DNA from: an archaeon
GTDB taxonomy: Archaea > B1Sed10-29 > WALL01
Direction of reading: 5' to 3'
DNA: 35,729 nt
Assembly: GCA_042584585.1 (NCBI GenBank)
Contig: JBHOSQ010000011.1
Location: forward strand, 1-35,729
Shown: in pieces, positions 32,301 to 35,729 of the stretch
Numbering within the stretch: the first letter of the stretch is position 1
Layout of the letters: the number at the start of each line of letters is the position of its first letter
Made by a program: the position numbers and the translations under genes
Notes under the pieces: generated by a model
Told to the model about the DNA's origin: nothing
Database searches by the model: none
Seen by the model: only the letters and a program-made list of their open reading frames with translations

Positions 32301-32544
32301 GCCCTTGTGACGAAAGGTTCGTGTTAAGATCCCGGACCTTGAACATCGTTTCGTTGAAGTTCCACTCGACTCCCGTAATATTTAATGTGGAGTCGGACTC
32401 AACACAAATAGACACGTTGAACGTATAGTTGGCGGTAGGGGTCACGCTCGCGGGGGACCAAGAATAGTTGTAGGTCGCAGCCGCGCTTGCGACCATGCAG
32501 AAGAGCATAACCGAAACTAGGGTAAACAATAACTTAGATTTCAT
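26359..32544 (-). CDS. Giant (~2060 aa) cell-surface glycoprotein with Ig-like repeats and C-terminal membrane anchor
   Basis: Sec signal MKSKLLF..ASA; repeated D(T/x)TxP / DxAGN Ig-like boundaries; very many N-x-S/T sequons; Thr-rich and PT-rich linkers; TAGF + TM + basic tail; GAGGTG RBS and TTTATATA box upstream. Confidence 0.9.
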   Translation of the reverse strand: MKSKLLFTLVSVMLFCMVASAAATYNYSWSPASVTPTANYTFNVSICVESDSTLNITGVEWNFNETMFKVRDLNTNLSSQGPVTDFADGGGSPRNVNWASTNFIDINSCGWYALDLEAVNETDGIGTDTINLAINWNDSSGTDDSDSIPGAANPPIITWNTPAVTWVSLDTGTIPANVTVEDDYVGVDTSAVTIYNYSSATDLTMDCVVQTPGAYHDKYFCNYTFDVNGISDGEYFNVTASDMAGQSTTSAATIGYDSSAPDETGAWVQITPYNDHYSNATTITVSWGNFSEPHSAIDGYKLYNSTDDGATWGLYSDYTSGTTQQVLSGVNGNNVSIKVSANNSAMEWSTNTTVNHTLLDAVAPTGTLSTPMDNMWMPSTNINFSYTPTDAHSSLLECTLYWNYSGAWGANNTNGTVLTDAGTNWFNFTGLATAGWHEWNVECEDLAGNTAWMNTTNNWTFGIDGTPPTITGIVPADNATGFYNDTTPPLQFNVTDTDSGPDSGYAELNISNSSGVVYAFSVGGGNDLTCTATDPVSCTPDWAALDPLDDGEYNASFMGQDMADNDKTVQYNFTIDLTPPVIQFPVVTPSYNATGGMPEPYVYVNATVNVTAAVSDTESGINGSTCEVSPDNGTTWYDNLDTYDGSNCSFLNVPTNYSGSMYDIQWKMVVRVQDNVTNMMGNPDYTYYQDDEAPEVFFTNPDHDSQMMGGLWFNNKSAHYLFGNVTDYGSVVNYVNVSIDNGTSWSAANDVNGTWNATWAGPDVEGQYYFLVQATDNLGHQNVTYVADWGNVSVNIDNTNPAIALIYPAANYSNVSDSTPYIEFNITDTAGAMNAGVSLGYSQINVTNGTYSALYSEDGANLTCDATGGGYNCSTTFTEALDDGTYYMTFYGEDNATNNNTALYQINIDTVGVNITAATLEADDFVCAYSGSTNLNDDLTIVVAAADIGVSGVSWVKANITQVNDTYTNLVPLANNGTHWKATIVVNDTSSNNFNNVNITIDAQDNAGNTELLWGTDDPFTVAVLYNETLPFTATTCEQPGSGTTNFCNETNFAAITFVDEVEINGSAGCNGGLELPWAATFKKVLKLEFGALNFSDESTYQALENLQDAIAVSIGAPETWDQSSIFVNGTAFGVLNTSTDITLYGLPFGHEPNISHSGTGSGAISSVVFTAQTPYNMGGLMVPNGDLAFTVADFSEYNASDNENPIVTITTPPNNTATNADSILVNVTVNGTGSQVSNLTLYMNSTVLTSLNNSGIQANCANTTADWTEITCDALNVTLSGDLHTITAYAWDFGGGAPPGNTHNTAIQVRRDVVAPTTTPTGNDSTGAAYTFGTWNTETYVNVTLACNDGLGVGCNVTQYCVDTTNTCTPSITYAAPNFQITQQNYTYIRYYSNDTANNTESLGNITVMLDSNAPVLTVSVPSVAWSNATNLSTGWMTFKAVDAVSNTLSCAGWMNGTYVNGTLHSLENFDTNATTANNTDTNFTVSQNYSDGTYYTWVNCTDLAGNETKSTVYTGTQDAVAPTTTINITGGWYGADIPVELTCTDNTNGSGCKLTKYNLNSGGWVTASTFTITNEDNNTLQYYSSDWATASETATTLTNIWLDKTDPTVTMYSPATTTTWNVPITAEVADNNDTTIDCFVSELGTAVSGTTVITTNTTNHNGTITTNMVADGRRTFKVNCTDSAGRTALSVAGGPTVSATPIITLTSPAAGASSTDTTPTLSYSVEENSASVNCTVYVDGTVVVTNQTVDTNMGTNTSSYTSSALALGAHTWKVSCNDSNGFNSTSAQRSLTITTATTPTTTTTTSTGSSDSAPPGPAPTYGFETDFTPTTTTVAGFNDLFGTDETVQDALEDAGIDLTDEAALQQIAETSAAVAENLLVTMDIEHVGTTASRIVLTLSYEGEFDLEGQIVVIDIPKSFASSASSITVTAGGATVLVTQSDPVFTIVFDKFMPQSEKVIRFLTNSYVSRDIVKEDMKAPKIFTVGFGGEAVPLPTPTPVPTSGPTPVPTATPVPTPVPTVIPQTAGFDLGLFGVVFVILVVFGIVALLYVKKPWKKARK

Positions 32545-32589
32545 ACAAAGACACCTCACAAGCAGCTAAGTGTTAAGTATATATAAATA

Positions 32590-33249
32590 TTACGCCAACA
32601 GCCGCATGTAGTCCTCTATTTCCTGGTTCGAAATCGCGCAGCCCGAGTATTTGAGCCCGTAGAGGGACGCGTGCAGCACGCTTTTGTCCTGGCCGAACTT
32701 TTGCATCAAGCCGTTCTCGTACGCCCACGCCAACAGTTCGCTGGAGCGGATTACGTTGATTTCGTCGAGCTCGTTCCCCAACTGCTTCGCGATTTTGTGA
32801 TTGAGCTTGAGGTTGAATCCCGTGCGGCGCTCTATGTGCCTCTTCAGGGCCTCGCGGTCCTCCACCAACAGGCGTGTGGTGCGCTCGTCCACCAAAAGGG
32901 TTTGGATGCCCTGCTTTTGCATGAGGGCGATGGACTCTGCCTCGCCGCCGTGGATTATGTTGACGTTGTGCTTGCCGTACTTCAGCAACGAGTTGGCGAG
33001 CGACGCGAGTTCCGTGGCGTGCTTGCTGACCTCAGCGTCGGCCACGACCTTGATGGACCCGGAGCCGATTGCGTTGCTGAGGCGCATGGCCTTGAACCCG
33101 AACCTAGCGGACTTCATGGGCCGGTCAACCATCTCGCGCTTTACTTCCTCCGGGACGACAAACTCTGCGTTGAACCCCGGCAAAAGCCAGAGGAGGCAGT
33201 TGTCGCTCATGGAGATTAGTGACGACGAGTCACAAACAATTTTTTTCAT
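32590..33249 (-). CDS. PIN-domain protein (DUF3368-like)
   Basis: IVCDSSSLI, VPEEVKRE, IHGGEAESIAL, LLVDERTTR; ATG at 33249. Confidence 0.82.
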   Translation of the reverse strand: MKKIVCDSSSLISMSDNCLLWLLPGFNAEFVVPEEVKREMVDRPMKSARFGFKAMRLSNAIGSGSIKVVADAEVSKHATELASLANSLLKYGKHNVNIIHGGEAESIALMQKQGIQTLLVDERTTRLLVEDREALKRHIERRTGFNLKLNHKIAKQLGNELDEINVIRSSELLAWAYENGLMQKFGQDKSVLHASLYGLKYSGCAISNQEIEDYMRLLA

Positions 33250-33250
33250 T

Positions 33251-33793
33251 TCAGGATTCCCCCAACACTTTTTTTGCGGCCTGGTAGCGGTCAATCACGC
33301 TTTTTCCGATGGTGTACGGCCGGTCGTGAATCGTGGTGCCGCCGATGTACGACATCAATTGGAACTTGTCCGCGCCGGTTAAGCCAACAGCTTTATCGAC
33401 CGACAGGCCCATGGCATATATGCGCGAGGCTTGCTTCACCCGGGCCTTTTCGATGACGTCCTGGACGTAGTTGCCGAGTGACTCATCGATTTTTGCGATG
33501 TCGCGGATGACGTCTTTCTCGAGTAATTCTCCAATCGGCGCGCCCTTTTCCTTGAGCTCCATCGCCTCGCCGAGGTCCCTGTCCACGTCCGCCACAAACT
33601 GCTTCCACTGCTCGCTCTCGAGCACGTGCTGCTTCGACAACAGTTTGTACAGGGCGTACGAGATGAGGGACACGTTCACCATTTCCGCGTCCTCGGTCAT
33701 GGCGGCGCGCTCGATGGCTTGGTTGCTGATGCGCTTCAGCGAGTTTAGGTTTTTTGCCTTGAAGGCCTTGCGGAGTTTTTCAAGTATTTTCAT
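33251..33793 (-). CDS. Helical protein with C-terminal UPF0175-like HTH (putative antitoxin/partner of PIN protein)
   Basis: ASRIYAMGLSVDKAVGLTGADKFQLMSY; ATG at 33793 overlaps fen stop (TAATG). Confidence 0.7.
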   Translation of the reverse strand: MKILEKLRKAFKAKNLNSLKRISNQAIERAAMTEDAEMVNVSLISYALYKLLSKQHVLESEQWKQFVADVDRDLGEAMELKEKGAPIGELLEKDVIRDIAKIDESLGNYVQDVIEKARVKQASRIYAMGLSVDKAVGLTGADKFQLMSYIGGTTIHDRPYTIGKSVIDRYQAAKKVLGES

Positions 33794-34797
33794 TACCACA
33801 CGTCCAGGCGACTTTGCGTGCCCTTGGTCGACGCGGCCTCGCGCATCTTTGCTATTGACGACTTGACCCGCTCGACCGAGAACTCGTGCTTGTCCACCAA
33901 AAGCTTCAGTGTTTTTTCTTCGTCCGGCTCCTGCCAGGCGAGCTTGTAGTCCTTCGTGGTTTCCGGGTGGAGGAAAATGTCGCGGGCCGGCGTCAGGTCG
34001 GTGTCGATGCCGGCGTCGTGGTGGACTTCGTCCGCGGTCTTTCCTTTTTTGATTGCCGCCAATGCTTTTTTGGGGCCGATTCCCTTCACGCCTTCGTTGA
34101 AGTCCGTGCCAATCATCAAAGCGACCTCGATTAGTTGGTCGCGCGTTAATTCGCATTCACTGGCTTCGATGATTTCGGGCTTGACCATGATGTAAACATT
34201 CTTTTTGGGGAGCTTGCGGCGGCCGGTGACCGTCATGTTTCTCAGCAGCCGGGGCGAGCCGAACAGCAATGCGTCGAAGTCCTGTGACCCCGCGGCCCAC
34301 GCGTCTCCCTGGGCGCACATGAACGCTGCCTGGGCCTCGCCTTCCTGCGGGGCCTGCACAGAGGGGATTCCGAGGGCGGCCAAAAGCTCCTTGGATTGCT
34401 CGACCATGTCCTTGGTCAATCGGGTTGCTTGCTGGGCGTATGTGCGCGCCTCTTCCATGGCGCCGCGCTCGAGGGCTTCGTCCCATTTTTCTTTTGCCTT
34501 GCGCCGGACTTCGATGCGGGCGGCGATTGTTTCCGATTTCTTTTCGGGGGGCACGCCGTCGAACACGAAGGAGGGGTGGATGCCGAGCGCTACTAAATTG
34601 GAGGTGCGGTACAAGAGGCCGGCGAGGTGGGAAGTGATTTCGCCGCGGCTGTTCATGAGTGGTGTGCCGTCGGGCTGGCGGATGATGGAAAGGAATTGAT
34701 AAAGAGTGTTGTATGCGTCGACGGCGATGGAGCGACCTGTCAGGTGCTCGAGCTCGACGCTCTTGCTGGGCAGCAGTTCTCCAAGGTTTACACCCAT
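33793..34797 (-). CDS. fen: Flap endonuclease FEN-1
   Basis: MGV, IAVDAYNTLYQFL, FVFDG, APQEGEAQAA, SQDFDALLFG, GTDFN.GVKGIGPK, PIP box QSRLDVW. Confidence 0.97.
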   Translation of the reverse strand: MGVNLGELLPSKSVELEHLTGRSIAVDAYNTLYQFLSIIRQPDGTPLMNSRGEITSHLAGLLYRTSNLVALGIHPSFVFDGVPPEKKSETIAARIEVRRKAKEKWDEALERGAMEEARTYAQQATRLTKDMVEQSKELLAALGIPSVQAPQEGEAQAAFMCAQGDAWAAGSQDFDALLFGSPRLLRNMTVTGRRKLPKKNVYIMVKPEIIEASECELTRDQLIEVALMIGTDFNEGVKGIGPKKALAAIKKGKTADEVHHDAGIDTDLTPARDIFLHPETTKDYKLAWQEPDEEKTLKLLVDKHEFSVERVKSSIAKMREAASTKGTQSRLDVW

Positions 34798-34867
34798 TGA
34801 ATCCTACCGATTGACACTACGTAGAAAGAATATATAAATAAAGGGGGTTTTTCAACGCCATTTTCCA

Positions 34868-34918
34868 TCGAGGCTTTTCTACCGAGCAGCCGCTAGGCTG
34901 TAATAGAAAAAGGGTCGG
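34868..34918. repeat. Probable degenerate member of the hairpin element family
   Basis: tcgaggcttttct identical to 14257-14269; closes with tagaaaa and gtcgg as in the tRNA-Ser copy, around a different inner hairpin (gcagcc-gcta-ggctgt). Confidence 0.55.
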
Positions 34919-34936
34919 GATAAGGCGGATTCCAAG

Positions 34937-35341
34937 CTACATCCGGATTCTGCGGTTGCCGAAGTGGCTGACCGCGAATGCCGCGACGATTATCAGGATT
35001 ACTCCGCCGATGACCAGGAACCCGAGCACGCCGATTCCGCCGGCCAAAAGCAGTATGTTGCCGTCGATTGGCTTGGGCTGGCAGTCCGCGCAGTCGCCAA
35101 GCGCCCGTTCGCTGTCGGAGCAGAGACCGTCGTTGATGCATTTTGCCACCGGGGTTTCAGAGCAGTCGCTGCATCCCGCTGCATTCTCGACACTGGTGCA
35201 CTGCCCGTCGTCCACACACACGCTTCCGAAGCTGCAGTCGGCGTATCCCAAGCCCCGTTCCTCGGGCTCGCAGATTCCGTTGCCTATGGACTGCGCTAGG
35301 GCAAGACTCGTGATGAGTAAGAGCAGCACTAATCTCTTCAT
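34937..35341 (-). CDS. Type I membrane protein with three small Cys-rich repeats
   Basis: Signal MKRLVLLLLITSLALA; (C)xx(N/D)GxCxxxE..(C)xDC x3; long C-terminal hydrophobic segment. Confidence 0.8.
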   Translation of the reverse strand: MKRLVLLLLITSLALAQSIGNGICEPEERGLGYADCSFGSVCVDDGQCTSVENAAGCSDCSETPVAKCINDGLCSDSERALGDCADCQPKPIDGNILLLAGGIGVLGFLVIGGVILIIVAAFAVSHFGNRRIRM

Positions 35342-35449
35342 AAAAGCGACCTCTGGCGTCAATTATAATTGCAAACCTATATAAAGGGTGCTGTTTTGCC
35401 CCTTGAAGAAGCATTGTCTTTATAAAGCATCCGCTGCATAATTATTGCG

Positions 35450-35729
35450 ATGGCTCAGGGCAATCTTCACGTTGTAGTGGCCCTTGTTTCGGGGGCGCTG
35501 GTGGCTGTGTACGTCAACCCTCTGGCGGGGTGGGCGGTAGCCCTAGGCAACCTTGTGCCTGACCTTGATGAGTACACGAACAAACAGTGGGGCGCAAGCT
35601 GGCTTACGCACACCGCGATTTTCCCGTCGTTTGTGGCGATGCTGTATAACCTTCAGCCGGCGCTGTACGCACTGGGAAACGTGGTTCCGCCGTTCACGTT
35701 CGGGATGCTTATGCACATTTTCATGGACT
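35450..35729 (+). CDS. Membrane-bound metal-dependent hydrolase (YdjM/DUF457-like), 3' end off window
   Basis: Manual translation MAQGNLHVVVAL..GNLVPDLD..WLTHT..GMLMHIFMD: H, PDLD, TH, HxxxD motifs; TTTATAAA near 35419. Confidence 0.8.
   Translation, partial: MAQGNLHVVVALVSGALVAVYVNPLAGWAVALGNLVPDLDEYTNKQWGASWLTHTAIFPSFVAMLYNLQPALYALGNVVPPFTFGMLMHIFMD

Overview
Archaeal chromosomal window, probably from a DPANN-type lineage (inference from gene content: archaeal MetRS, aIF-5A, FEN-1, Sm/Lsm, MinD, class III-signal pilins, TATA-box promoters, CCA-less tRNAs, many orphan and surface genes). It holds about 38 CDS and four intron-less tRNAs (Ala-GGC, Val-GAC, Ser-TGA, Gly-CCC). Five CDS are missing from the supplied ORF track: two partial edge genes and three micro-proteins. 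The most unusual signal is a family of tiny (about 50-155 bp), non-coding elements built from strings of short hairpins and clustered at tRNA genes. Two of them are flanked by duplications of tRNA ends (18 bp of the tRNA-Ser 3' end; 13 bp of the tRNA-Gly 5' end), and both end in the same AACGTGC + 7-bp/GTT-loop hairpin with three compensatory base-pair changes. A free-standing low-GC LAGLIDADG endonuclease gene lies in the same tRNA cluster. Other highlights: a eukaryote-like Bud23/WBSCR22 methyltransferase, a DUF2226-like/roadblock-like/MinD operon, a pilin fused to a large modular adhesin, a ~2060-aa surface glycoprotein, and a 28-aa MGCGCCCG-(PAKKK)3 micro-protein. All family assignments are from motif recognition only; no searches were run.
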